Assembly: GCF_036507355.1 (NCBI RefSeq)
Contig: NZ_AP027877.1
Source of the DNA: Escherichia coli
GTDB taxonomy: Bacteria; Pseudomonadota; Gammaproteobacteria; Enterobacterales; Enterobacteriaceae
Direction: 5' to 3' (one strand)
DNA length: 64,000 nucleotides
In this document: in pieces, positions 10,161-21,370 of the stretch
How the letters are laid out: each line of letters begins with the position of its first letter
How positions within the stretch are numbered: the stretch's first letter is position 1
The notes under the pieces: generated by a model
Told to the model about the DNA's origin: nothing
The model's database searches: none
What the model saw: only the letters and a program-made list of their open reading frames with translations
Translations under genes and position numbers: made by a program

Positions 10161-11363
10161 TCAACTCCTGTCATGGAAAAGTGGTTGCCAGAGGTCGATT
10201 AACCCCTGCATCAAGCCACCGCGCCAACAAAGCGCATCATGTCCGCCGTCAACCTGACGCCAGAAAATGGATTCTTTTATAGGGTGCAATTGCGCATACA
10301 GCGCCTGATTGGCCCGCATGATCATCGGCTCGCGAATACCCGCTTCCAGCACAATGCGCAGACCTTCGGCGCTAACTTCACCAGCTTTTAGCTTTTCAAG
10401 TAACACGCCCTCTTGCTGCCCGCCCCGATGCGGCCACCAGTACGATCCTGACTGGCTTAATACACAGCCAAAGCGTTCAGGCCAGTGCAGTCCGGCATAC
10501 AGCGCGGACAGCCCACCAAAACTCTGCCCGGCGACCACGGTGCGATCGGCGCGATCGCTAAAAGGGGCAATAGCTTTCACCAGGGGTAATAACTCTTGCT
10601 GTACTGCCAGCCAGAAATCCGCATTACACGGCAGTTCGTGGGCGCGGTGCGTGGTGTCGATAGCGTCGATCAACACATACACGGCGGGAGGAAGTTGCTG
10701 ACGATGGGTCAGCGAAGTCAGCACAGGCCAGACGGGCATACTTTGCGCCCAAAATTCGCCATCGAGCAAAACTGCCAGCGGGCGTTCTTCTGCTGTTACA
10801 TCGCCGGTGGTAAAAATCCATACACGACGTGAATTTTTCAACCGTTCACTTTTCCAGATAATTTCTTTGGCTGGTATTTCTGGCGCTTGCGGACAATCCC
10901 ATCCCGGTTGCAGAGGCGCTTGCGGCATTTCGAGTGCAGAAACAGCGTGCCCTCGCCCGCCTTTCCAGCTTTGTGGATTCAGCGGATCGGCTATTGCCTG
11001 GGGTAATAGTTTTCGCCAGCCTTCACGTAATTCGAGGCGATCGGGGGATGGTGCAGAAAAAATGTCATCGCGTTCGGTGGGAATAAAGCAGTAGCTGCCG
11101 CGCCAGTTGGCATTGAGTTGTGTCGTCCACTGCCAGACATCAGTACCTGCAATTCGCTGCATCGACTGGGGCTGGCTGTTCTGATGATGATCGGTCACAC
11201 CAGTGATGTAGATCCATACGCGCTTTATCGTCGAGTATTCTTCAGAACCTTGGGGATCACGCCACCAGAAAGTGACCTCAAACATTTCGTCATTCAGACG
11301 CTGCCATTCCGGGCCATGTTTCGACTGCCACCAGCTCTCACTTCCTACTTTTAACGCCGTCAC
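10161..11363 (-). CDS. fes: Enterochelin esterase Fes
   Basis: 400-aa ORF from a GTG at 11363 (MTALKVGSESWW...); a shorter 374-aa form from the internal ATG (MFEVTFWW) is possible; GQSFGG esterase motif present. Confidence 0.9.
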   Translation of the reverse strand: MTALKVGSESWWQSKHGPEWQRLNDEMFEVTFWWRDPQGSEEYSTIKRVWIYITGVTDHHQNSQPQSMQRIAGTDVWQWTTQLNANWRGSYCFIPTERDDIFSAPSPDRLELREGWRKLLPQAIADPLNPQSWKGGRGHAVSALEMPQAPLQPGWDCPQAPEIPAKEIIWKSERLKNSRRVWIFTTGDVTAEERPLAVLLDGEFWAQSMPVWPVLTSLTHRQQLPPAVYVLIDAIDTTHRAHELPCNADFWLAVQQELLPLVKAIAPFSDRADRTVVAGQSFGGLSALYAGLHWPERFGCVLSQSGSYWWPHRGGQQEGVLLEKLKAGEVSAEGLRIVLEAGIREPMIMRANQALYAQLHPIKESIFWRQVDGGHDALCWRGGLMQGLIDLWQPLFHDRS

Positions 11364-11413
11364 ACCATAACCCCATGTTTACTGTGCAATTTTTCATTGA
11401 TTGCAGAAATATA

Positions 11414-11450
11414 TTGATAATATTATTGATAACTATTTGCATTTGCAATA
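11414..11450. promoter_or_regulatory. Overlapping Fur boxes of the fes / fepA divergent promoters
   Basis: tgataatattattgataactatttgcatttgcaatag contains tandem GATAAT-type hexamer repeats typical of Fur operators, centred in the fes-fepA intergenic region. Confidence 0.7.
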
Positions 11451-11605
11451 GCGTAATGGCGCGCCGTGGGAAGCGCGGACATTAATTAACCAACTGCACT
11501 GCGTGTCTTTCAGGATCAAAGGTTTTCGCGGTAGCGGGATGCGTCGTGTTGATGACGACCATGCCCGACAGTTGCAATTCGTGGCAAAAATGCAGGAATA
11601 AAACA

Positions 11606-13846
11606 ATGAACAAGAAGATTCATTCCCTGGCCTTGTTGGTCAATCTGGGGATTTATGGGGTAGCGCAGGCACAAGAGCCGACCGATACTCCTGTTTCACA
11701 TGACGATACTATTGTCGTTACCGCCGCCGAGCAGAACTTACAGGCGCCTGGCGTTTCGACCATCACCGCAGATGAAATCCGCAAAAACCCCGTTGCCCGC
11801 GATGTGTCGGAGATCATCCGTACCATGCCAGGCGTTAACCTGACCGGTAACTCCACCAGTGGTCAGCGAGGGAATAACCGACAGATTGATATTCGCGGTA
11901 TGGGTCCGGAAAACACGCTGATTTTGATTGACGGCAAGCCGGTAAGCAGCCGTAACTCGGTGCGTCAGGGCTGGCGTGGCGAGCGCGATACCCGTGGTGA
12001 TACCTCCTGGGTGCCACCTGAAATGATTGAACGTATTGAAGTTCTGCGTGGTCCGGCAGCTGCGCGTTATGGCAACGGCGCGGCGGGCGGCGTAGTTAAC
12101 ATCATTACCAAAAAAGGCAGCGGCGAGTGGCACGGCTCCTGGGACGCATATTTCAATGCGCCAGAACATAAAGAGGAAGGTGCCACCAAACGCACTAACT
12201 TTAGCCTGACCGGTCCGCTGGGCGACGAATTCAGCTTCCGCTTGTATGGCAACCTCGACAAAACTCAGGCTGACGCGTGGGATATCAACCAGGGCCATCA
12301 GTCCGCGCGTGCCGGAACGTATGCCACGACGTTACCAGCCGGGCGCGAAGGGGTGATCAACAAAGATATTAATGGCGTGGTGCGCTGGGACTTCGCGCCT
12401 CTGCAATCACTCGAACTGGAAGCGGGTTACAGCCGCCAGGGTAACCTGTATGCGGGTGATACCCAGAACACCAACTCTGACGCTTACACTCGCTCGAAAT
12501 ATGGCGATGAAACCAACCGCCTGTATCGCCAGAACTACTCGCTGACCTGGAACGGTGGCTGGGATAACGGCGTGACCACCAGCAACTGGGTGCAGTACGA
12601 ACACACCCGTAACTCGCGTATTCCGGAAGGTCTGGCGGGCGGTACCGAAGGGAAATTTAACGAAAAAGCGACACAGGATTTCGTCGATATCGATCTTGAT
12701 GACGTGATGCTGCATAGCGAAGTTAACCTGCCGATTGATTTCCTCGTTAACCAGACGCTGACGCTGGGTACGGAGTGGAATCAGCAACGGATGAAGGACT
12801 TAAGTTCCAACACCCAGGCACTGACCGGAACGAATACCGGTGGCGCTATTGATGGCGTGAGTGCCACCGACCGTAGCCCGTATTCAAAAGCAGAAATTTT
12901 CTCGCTGTTTGCCGAAAACAACATGGAGCTGACTGACAGCACCATCGTAACGCCGGGGCTGCGTTTCGATCATCACAGTATTGTCGGCAATAACTGGAGC
13001 CCGGCGCTGAACATATCGCAAGGTTTAGGCGATGACTTCACGCTGAAAATGGGCATTGCCCGCGCCTATAAAGCGCCGAGCCTGTACCAGACTAACCCGA
13101 ACTACATTCTCTACAGTAAAGGTCAGGGCTGCTATGCCAGCGCGGGCGGCTGCTATCTGCAAGGTAACGATGACCTGAAAGCAGAAACCAGCATCAACAA
13201 AGAGATTGGTCTGGAGTTCAAACGCGACGGCTGGCTGGCGGGCATCACCTGGTTCCGTAACGATTATCGCAATAAGATTGAAGCAGGCTATGTTGCTGTA
13301 GGGCAAAACGCAGTCGGCACCGATCTCTATCAGTGGGATAACGTGCCGAAAGCGGTGGTTGAAGGTCTGGAAGGATCGTTAAACGTACCGGTTAGCGAAA
13401 CGGTGATGTGGACTAATAACATCACTTATATGCTGAAGAGTGAAAACAAAACCACGGGCGACCGTTTGTCGATCATCCCGGAGTATACGTTGAACTCAAC
13501 GCTGAGCTGGCAGGCACGAGAAGATTTGTCGATGCAAACGACCTTCACCTGGTACGGTAAGCAGCAGCCGAAGAAGTACAACTATAAAGGTCAGCCAGCG
13601 GTTGGACCGGAAACCAAAGAAATTAGTCCTTACAGCATTGTTGGGCTGAGCGCGACGTGGGATGTGACGAAGAATGTCAGTCTGACCGGCGGCGTGGACA
13701 ATCTGTTCGACAAACGTTTGTGGCGTGCGGGTAATGCCCAGACCACGGGCGATTTGGCAGGGGCCAACTATATCGCCGGTGCCGGGGCGTATACCTATAA
13801 CGAGCCGGGACGCACGTGGTATATGAGCGTAAACACCCACTTCTGA
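11606..13846 (+). CDS. fepA: TonB-dependent ferric enterobactin outer membrane receptor FepA
   Basis: 746 aa from the ATG at 11606 (MNKKIHSLALLVNLGIYGVAQA signal peptide); TonB box DTIVVTA; C-terminal aromatic residue (HF). Confidence 0.97.
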   Translation: MNKKIHSLALLVNLGIYGVAQAQEPTDTPVSHDDTIVVTAAEQNLQAPGVSTITADEIRKNPVARDVSEIIRTMPGVNLTGNSTSGQRGNNRQIDIRGMGPENTLILIDGKPVSSRNSVRQGWRGERDTRGDTSWVPPEMIERIEVLRGPAAARYGNGAAGGVVNIITKKGSGEWHGSWDAYFNAPEHKEEGATKRTNFSLTGPLGDEFSFRLYGNLDKTQADAWDINQGHQSARAGTYATTLPAGREGVINKDINGVVRWDFAPLQSLELEAGYSRQGNLYAGDTQNTNSDAYTRSKYGDETNRLYRQNYSLTWNGGWDNGVTTSNWVQYEHTRNSRIPEGLAGGTEGKFNEKATQDFVDIDLDDVMLHSEVNLPIDFLVNQTLTLGTEWNQQRMKDLSSNTQALTGTNTGGAIDGVSATDRSPYSKAEIFSLFAENNMELTDSTIVTPGLRFDHHSIVGNNWSPALNISQGLGDDFTLKMGIARAYKAPSLYQTNPNYILYSKGQGCYASAGGCYLQGNDDLKAETSINKEIGLEFKRDGWLAGITWFRNDYRNKIEAGYVAVGQNAVGTDLYQWDNVPKAVVEGLEGSLNVPVSETVMWTNNITYMLKSENKTTGDRLSIIPEYTLNSTLSWQAREDLSMQTTFTWYGKQQPKKYNYKGQPAVGPETKEISPYSIVGLSATWDVTKNVSLTGGVDNLFDKRLWRAGNAQTTGDLAGANYIAGAGAYTYNEPGRTWYMSVNTHF

Positions 13847-13883
13847 TGCTAACGTCAGATTGTTGACAAAGTGCGCGTCGTTC

Positions 13884-13984
13884 ATGCCGGATGCGGCGTG
13901 AACGCCTTATCCGGCCTACAAAAATCTTGCCAATTCAATATATTGCAGGACCATGTAGGCCTGATAAGCGTAGCGCATCAGGCA
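13884..13984. repeat. REP/BIME element (two inverted REP palindromes) between fepA and entD
   Basis: gccggatgcggcgtgaacgccttatccggcctaca and tgtaggcctgataagcgtagcgcatcaggc are canonical REP sequences in opposite orientation. Confidence 0.8.
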
Positions 13985-14020
13985 GTTTTGCGTTTGTCAT
14001 CAGTCTCGGATATGGTCGAT

Positions 14021-14641
14021 ATGAAAACTACGCATACCTCCCTCCCCTTTGCCGGACATACGCTGCATTTTGTTGAGTTCGATCCGGCGAATTTTTGTGA
14101 GCAGGATTTACTCTGGCTGCCGCACTACGCACAACTGCAACACGCTGGACGTAAACGTAAAACAGAGCATTTAGCCGGACGGATCGCTGCTGTTTATGCC
14201 TTGCGGGAATATGGCTATAAATGTGTGCCCGCAATCGGCGAGCTACGCCAACCGGTGTGGCCTGCGGAGGTATACGGCAGTATTAGCCACTGCGGGGCTA
14301 CGGCATTGGCCGTGGTTTCCCGTCAACCGATTGGCGTTGATATCGAAGAAATTTTTTCTGCGCAAACAGCGACCGAATTGACAGACAACATTATTACACC
14401 AGCAGAACACGAGCGACTCGCAGACTGCGGTTTAGCCTTTTCTCTGGCGCTGACACTGGCATTTTCCGCCAAAGAGAGCGCATTTAAGGCAAGTGAGATC
14501 CAAACTGATGCAGGTTTTCTGGACTATCAGATAATTAGCTGGAATAAACAGCAGGTCATCATTCATCGTGAGAATGAGATGTTTGCTGTGCACTGGCAGA
14601 TAAAAGAAAAAATAGTCATAACTCTGTGCCAACATGATTAA
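14021..14641 (+). CDS. entD: Phosphopantetheinyl transferase EntD
   Basis: 206 aa from the ATG at 14021 (MKTTHTSLPFAGH...); the longer track ORF from 13871 runs through the REP element and is not credible. Start could also be the ATG at 14012. Confidence 0.92.
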   Translation: MKTTHTSLPFAGHTLHFVEFDPANFCEQDLLWLPHYAQLQHAGRKRKTEHLAGRIAAVYALREYGYKCVPAIGELRQPVWPAEVYGSISHCGATALAVVSRQPIGVDIEEIFSAQTATELTDNIITPAEHERLADCGLAFSLALTLAFSAKESAFKASEIQTDAGFLDYQIISWNKQQVIIHRENEMFAVHWQIKEKIVITLCQHD

Positions 14642-14661
14642 TTGACAACATCTGGTACGAT

Positions 14662-15130
14662 TCGCCCGCAGCCATCACTGACTGCGGGCGAAAGTGTAAA
14701 GCAGGTGCCTTACCACTCTGACCTGACAACCGGATATGCGGGGATTGCTCCCCGCACAACGGCTACTTCTTCGGTTCGTAAGCGAGAACAGCCTTAAACT
14801 CAATATTACGTTCCTTTACGGTGAACTCACACAGCGAGTCTCCGACCAGAAGCGTAAATCCCAGCACCGTCAAACACAGCACTATGACTGCCACAAGGGC
14901 ATATTTCGTCAGCATGTTTATATTGCCTCCATGCGAAGAAGGGACTACCATCCGAGTTGTTGAGGCTCGGAGTGGCAGCCCCAGGATTGATAGAAATATC
15001 TCCTGGGGCTTCATCTTTCCAGACCTCAGAGTTAACCTGAAACCGGAAAGCTTCAGGCACCCGCCGTTATCTTACCCTTCCTTAGCAAAATAGCTGTTTA
15101 TTTATACAGTGAATCCTGTTTCGGACTTCT
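14662..15130 (-). other. hokE-like type I toxin-antitoxin locus, copy 1 (repeat unit)
   Basis: About 470-bp unit containing a Hok toxin ORF, upstream mok-like leader and a terminal inverted repeat (cgcccgcag...ctgcgggcg); repeated with 503-bp period at 15165-15632. Confidence 0.8.
14763..14915 (-). CDS. hokE: Hok-family membrane toxin (HokE-like), copy 1
   Basis: 50-aa peptide [50 protein letters not shown], typical Hok/Gef toxin with one transmembrane helix. Confidence 0.85.
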   Translation of the reverse strand: MLTKYALVAVIVLCLTVLGFTLLVGDSLCEFTVKERNIEFKAVLAYEPKK

Positions 15131-15164
15131 GTCGGCAAAACTCATCATTGCTCTTAAAACGAAA

Positions 15165-15632
15165 TCGCCCGCAGCCATCACTGACCGCGGGCGAAAGTGT
15201 AAAGCAGGTGCCTTACCATCCTGACCTGACAACCGGATATGCGGGGATTACTCCCCGCACAACGGCTACTTCTTCGGTTCGTAAGCGAGAACAGCCCTGA
15301 ACTCAATATTACGTTCCTTCACCGTAAACTCACACAGCGAGTCTCCGACCAGAAGCGTAAATCCCAGTACCGTCAAACACAGCACTATGACTGCCACAAG
15401 GGCATATTTCGTCAGCATGTTTATATTGCCTCCATGCGAAGAAGGAACTACCATCCAAATTGTCTGGTTTGGAGTGGCAGCCCCAGGGTTGATAGAAATA
15501 TCTCCTGGGGCTTCATCTTTCCAGACCTCAGAGTAAACCTGAAACCGGAAAGCTTCAGGCACCCGCCGTTATCTTACCTTTGCTTAGCAAAATAGCTGTT
15601 TATTTATACAGTAAGTCCTGTTTCGGACTTCT
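15165..15632 (-). other. hokE-like type I toxin-antitoxin locus, copy 2 (repeat unit)
   Basis: Second unit, roughly 95% identical to copy 1 with scattered substitutions and a 1-nt indel in the leader. Confidence 0.8.
15266..15418 (-). CDS. Hok-family membrane toxin (HokE-like), copy 2
   Basis: 50-aa peptide identical to copy 1 except K41R (…[14 protein letters not shown]). Confidence 0.85.
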   Translation of the reverse strand: MLTKYALVAVIVLCLTVLGFTLLVGDSLCEFTVKERNIEFRAVLAYEPKK

Positions 15633-15848
15633 CACTCCCCATTTGATCAACTGAAGCTGAACCCGTTTTTTTCTGCATGCCTCAATCGTCAAAATTCTTC
15701 GCCACCAGCCAGCCGTGCCATAACTTGTCACATTGCAAAAGTAGCCAATTTGCTTCAGTCACCATCACCAAAAAAAGAAATATTCCAGAACTTCCGCATC
15801 TCGCCCAGCCGCTCCGACTTCTATACTGAATAGAAAACGCCAACATAA

Positions 15849-16976
<1,128 letters not shown>

Positions 16977-17041
16977 GCCGGGAATTGCCTTACAGAAGAA
17001 TATCCCTGACAATGGTGTTTTAACTTACATTTAACAATGTT

Positions 17042-17290
17042 ATGAAACACCCTTTAGAAACCTTGACCACCGCAGCAGGCATTTTGCTGATGGCTTTCCT
17101 CTCTTGCCTGCTGCTGCCCGCCCCCGCACTGGGGCTGACGCTGGCACAAAAACTGGTGACCACGTTCCATCTGATGGATCTTAGTCAGCTTTACACTTTA
17201 TTGTTTTGTCTGTGGTTTTTAGTGCTGGGCGCTATTGAGTATTTTGTTCTGCGCTTTATCTGGCGACGCTGGTTCTCGCTGGCGGATTAA
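17042..17290 (+). CDS. ybdJ: Small inner membrane protein YbdJ
   Basis: 82-aa ORF with two hydrophobic helices; position between ybdK and ybdF matches K-12. Confidence 0.8.
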   Translation: MKHPLETLTTAAGILLMAFLSCLLLPAPALGLTLAQKLVTTFHLMDLSQLYTLLFCLWFLVLGAIEYFVLRFIWRRWFSLAD

Positions 17291-17354
17291 ACGTCGATTA
17301 TCGCCGTACTTCGCGGCATACTTTGCTTATTCTCCTTCGCCTAAAGGAACGTTT

Positions 17355-17723
17355 ATGGATAAGCAATCACTGCACGAAACGGCGAAACGCCAGGCCCTTG
17401 AGTTACCCTTTGTCGAGCTTTGCTGGCCTTTTGGCGCGGAGTTCGATGTTTTTAAAATTGGCGGCAAGATTTTTATGCTGTCGTCGGAGCTACGCGGCGT
17501 CCCCTTTATCAATCTGAAGTCCGAACCACAAAAATCCCTGTTAAATCAGCAAATATACCCGAGCATTAAGCCAGGGTATCACATGAATAAAAAGCACTGG
17601 ATTTCGGTGTATCCCGGCGAGGAAATCTCCGAAGCGTTACTTCGCGATCTGATCAACGATTCGTGGAATCTGGTGGTTGATGGTCTGGCTAAACGCGATC
17701 AAAAAAGAGTGCGTCCAGGCTAA
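17355..17723 (+). CDS. ybdF: Conserved protein YbdF
   Basis: 122 aa from the ATG at 17355 ([11 protein letters not shown]...); the track ORF from 17235 is an upstream extension. Confidence 0.8.
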   Translation: MDKQSLHETAKRQALELPFVELCWPFGAEFDVFKIGGKIFMLSSELRGVPFINLKSEPQKSLLNQQIYPSIKPGYHMNKKHWISVYPGEEISEALLRDLINDSWNLVVDGLAKRDQKRVRPG

Positions 17724-17816
17724 AGCGGAAATCTATAGCGCATTTTTCTCGCTTACCATTTCTCGTTGAACCTTGTAATCTGCTGGCACGCAAAATTACT
17801 TTCACATGGAGTCTTT

Positions 17817-18470
17817 ATGGATATCATTTCTGTCGCCTTAAAGCGTCATTCCACTAAGGCATTTGATGCCAGCAAAAAACTTACCCCGGAACAGGCCGAG
17901 CAGATCAAAACGCTACTGCAATACAGCCCATCCAGCACCAACTCCCAGCCGTGGCATTTTATTGTTGCCAGCACGGAAGAAGGTAAAGCGCGTGTTGCCA
18001 AATCCGCTGCCGGTAATTATGTGTTCAACGAGCGTAAAATGCTTGATGCCTCGCACGTCGTGGTGTTCTGTGCAAAAACCGCGATGGACGATGCCTGGCT
18101 GAAGCTGGTTGTTGACCAGGAAGATGCTGATGGCCGCTTTGCCACGCCGGAAGCGAAAGCCGCGAACGATAAAGGTCGCAAGTTCTTCGCTGATATGCAT
18201 CGTAAAGATCTGCATGATGATGCAGAGTGGATGGCAAAACAGGTTTATCTCAACGTCGGTAACTTCCTGCTCGGCGTGGCGGCTCTGGGTCTGGACGCGG
18301 TACCCATCGAAGGTTTTGACGCCGCCATCCTCGATGCAGAATTTGGTCTGAAAGAGAAAGGCTACACCAGTCTGGTGGTTGTTCCGGTAGGTCATCACAG
18401 CGTTGAAGATTTTAACGCTACGCTGCCGAAATCTCGTCTGCCGCAAAACATCACCTTAACCGAAGTGTAA
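17817..18470 (+). CDS. nfsB: Oxygen-insensitive NAD(P)H nitroreductase NfsB
   Basis: 217 aa from the ATG at 17817 ([23 protein letters not shown]...), the classical NfsB N-terminus. Confidence 0.95.
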   Translation: MDIISVALKRHSTKAFDASKKLTPEQAEQIKTLLQYSPSSTNSQPWHFIVASTEEGKARVAKSAAGNYVFNERKMLDASHVVVFCAKTAMDDAWLKLVVDQEDADGRFATPEAKAANDKGRKFFADMHRKDLHDDAEWMAKQVYLNVGNFLLGVAALGLDAVPIEGFDAAILDAEFGLKEKGYTSLVVVPVGHHSVEDFNATLPKSRLPQNITLTEV

Positions 18471-18479
18471 TTCTCTCTT

Positions 18480-18508
18480 GCCGGGCATCTGCCCGGCTAT
18501 TTCTCATC
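18480..18508 (+). terminator. Candidate rho-independent terminator downstream of nfsB
   Basis: GC hairpin gccgggcatctgcccggc followed by tatttctc. Confidence 0.45.
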
Positions 18509-18529
18509 AGATTTTACTTATTTGCATAA

Positions 18530-19825
<1,296 letters not shown>

Positions 19826-19861
19826 TTAAAAAAACCGCTCTCATCGAATGGATGAGAGCGG
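19826..19861 (-). terminator. Rho-independent terminator of pheP (also placed to stop ybdG read-through)
   Basis: Perfect 11-bp stem ccgctctcatc / gatgagagcgg with a 5-nt loop, preceded on the plus strand by AAAAAAA (a U-run on the minus-strand transcript). Confidence 0.7.
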
Positions 19862-19892
19862 ACATCGTTTTGTCGGATGTAGCGTGAATGCC

Positions 19893-21269
19893 TTATTTCC
19901 GACGCAGCGTTTTAAACGCCACAAACAGGAATACAATCCACACCGGCAGCAGGATCGCTGACAAGCGCATATCATCCATCGTGCACATCAGCAGCAAAAT
20001 CATGCCGAGGAAGGCAATGCAGAGATAGTTGCCGAACGGATAGAGCAGCGCCTTAAACTGTGTTTCACGCCCCTGACGTCGCATCGCTGCACGAAAACGC
20101 AGATGCGCCAGGCAGATCATAATCCAGTTCAACAGCAGCGTTGCTACCACCAGCGCCATCAGCAGACCAAACGCTTTTTGCGGCAGCAGATAGTTGATTA
20201 ACACCACCAGCGAAGTGATCGCTCCGGAAAGCATCAGCGAGTTAATCGGCACGCCGCGACGGCTGACGCGAGTCAAAAACTTCGGCGCATTACCCTGTAC
20301 AGAAAGGCCAAACAGCATGCGGCTGTTAGAGTAAACCCCGCTGTTATACACTGACAGCGATGCTACCAGAATGACGAAGTTCAGCGCAGAAGCTACCACG
20401 TTGCTGTCGAGATTATGGAAAATCATCACAAACGGGCTACTGTTGGATTTCACTTCCACCCACGGATAGAGCGCCAGTAAAACCACCAGTGAACCGATGT
20501 AAAACAGCAGGATGCGATACACCACCTGATTTACCGCTTTTGGAATGCTTTTTTCCGGATCGCGCGCTTCAGCCGCAGTAATCCCAATCAGCTCCAGACC
20601 GCCGAAGGAGAACATAATCACCGCCAGCGACAAAATCAGCCCATTCCAGCCGGTGGCGAAGAAACCACCGTAGCGCCAGAGGTTGTCGATACTGGCTTTC
20701 TCGCCGCCGTGACCAGAAAACAGCAGCCACAGGCCAAAGCCGATCATACCGATGATCGCCAGCACTTTAATCAGCGCAAACCAGAACTCGGTTTCGCCAT
20801 ATAAGCGCACGTTCACCAGGTTAACGGCGTTGATGATAATAAAGAAGGCGGCAGCCCAAATCCACGTTGGAACATCCGGGAACCAGTACTGCATATAGAT
20901 GCCCGCAGCGGTCAGCTCTGCCATTCCCACCAGCACGAACATCACCCAGTAGTTCCAGCCGGAGAGGAACCCGGCGAACGGTCCCCAGTATTTATAGGCA
21001 AAGTGGGCAAATGAACCGGATACCGGCTCTTCGACCACCATCTCGCCGAGCTGGCGCATAATCAGGAAAGCGATGATCCCGGCGACGCCGTAGCCCAGCA
21101 ATACAGCCGGACCCGCCATCTGAATCGCCGGGCCAATGCCAAGAAACAGACCAGTACCAATTGCGCCACCCAGCGCAATCAGTTGAATATGACGGTTATG
21201 TAATCCGCGATGAAGCGTCGGCTCTTGATTCGACGCAGTATCTTCCGATACGGTTGACGCGTTTTTCAC
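19893..21269 (-). CDS. pheP: Phenylalanine-specific permease PheP (APC family)
   Basis: Track ORF is 470 aa; the 458-aa form starting (M)KNASTVSEDTASNQEPTLHRG... begins at a GTG codon 12 codons into the track ORF; 12-helix amino-acid permease. Confidence 0.9.
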   Translation of the reverse strand: MKNASTVSEDTASNQEPTLHRGLHNRHIQLIALGGAIGTGLFLGIGPAIQMAGPAVLLGYGVAGIIAFLIMRQLGEMVVEEPVSGSFAHFAYKYWGPFAGFLSGWNYWVMFVLVGMAELTAAGIYMQYWFPDVPTWIWAAAFFIIINAVNLVNVRLYGETEFWFALIKVLAIIGMIGFGLWLLFSGHGGEKASIDNLWRYGGFFATGWNGLILSLAVIMFSFGGLELIGITAAEARDPEKSIPKAVNQVVYRILLFYIGSLVVLLALYPWVEVKSNSSPFVMIFHNLDSNVVASALNFVILVASLSVYNSGVYSNSRMLFGLSVQGNAPKFLTRVSRRGVPINSLMLSGAITSLVVLINYLLPQKAFGLLMALVVATLLLNWIMICLAHLRFRAAMRRQGRETQFKALLYPFGNYLCIAFLGMILLLMCTMDDMRLSAILLPVWIVFLFVAFKTLRRK

Positions 21270-21370
21270 GCCTTTCCCCTGTGTGTCTTTTTTGTTGAGG
21301 GGCACCTTTTAACATTTAGTGCCCATCGTCGCAAGACACAATCCACACGGTTAAACGGGGTATCCTGCTT

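Noticed and set aside
14736-15595. Plus-strand ORFs opposite the hok genes (14736-14963, 14821-15093, 15239-15595)
   Set aside because: They overlap the Hok toxin genes on the other strand and duplicate because the locus is duplicated; more likely they mark the antisense (Sok-like) RNA region than protein-coding genes.
14642-15640. Possibility that the hok duplication is an assembly artefact
   Set aside because: The two units differ by several substitutions and a 1-nt indel and have distinct flanks; a collapsed or expanded artefact would usually be identical. Still worth confirming with long reads.
17724-17816. Possible MarA/SoxS box upstream of nfsB (ctggcacgcaaaattac)
   Set aside because: Only a partial fit to the marbox consensus as I recall it; not reported as a feature.
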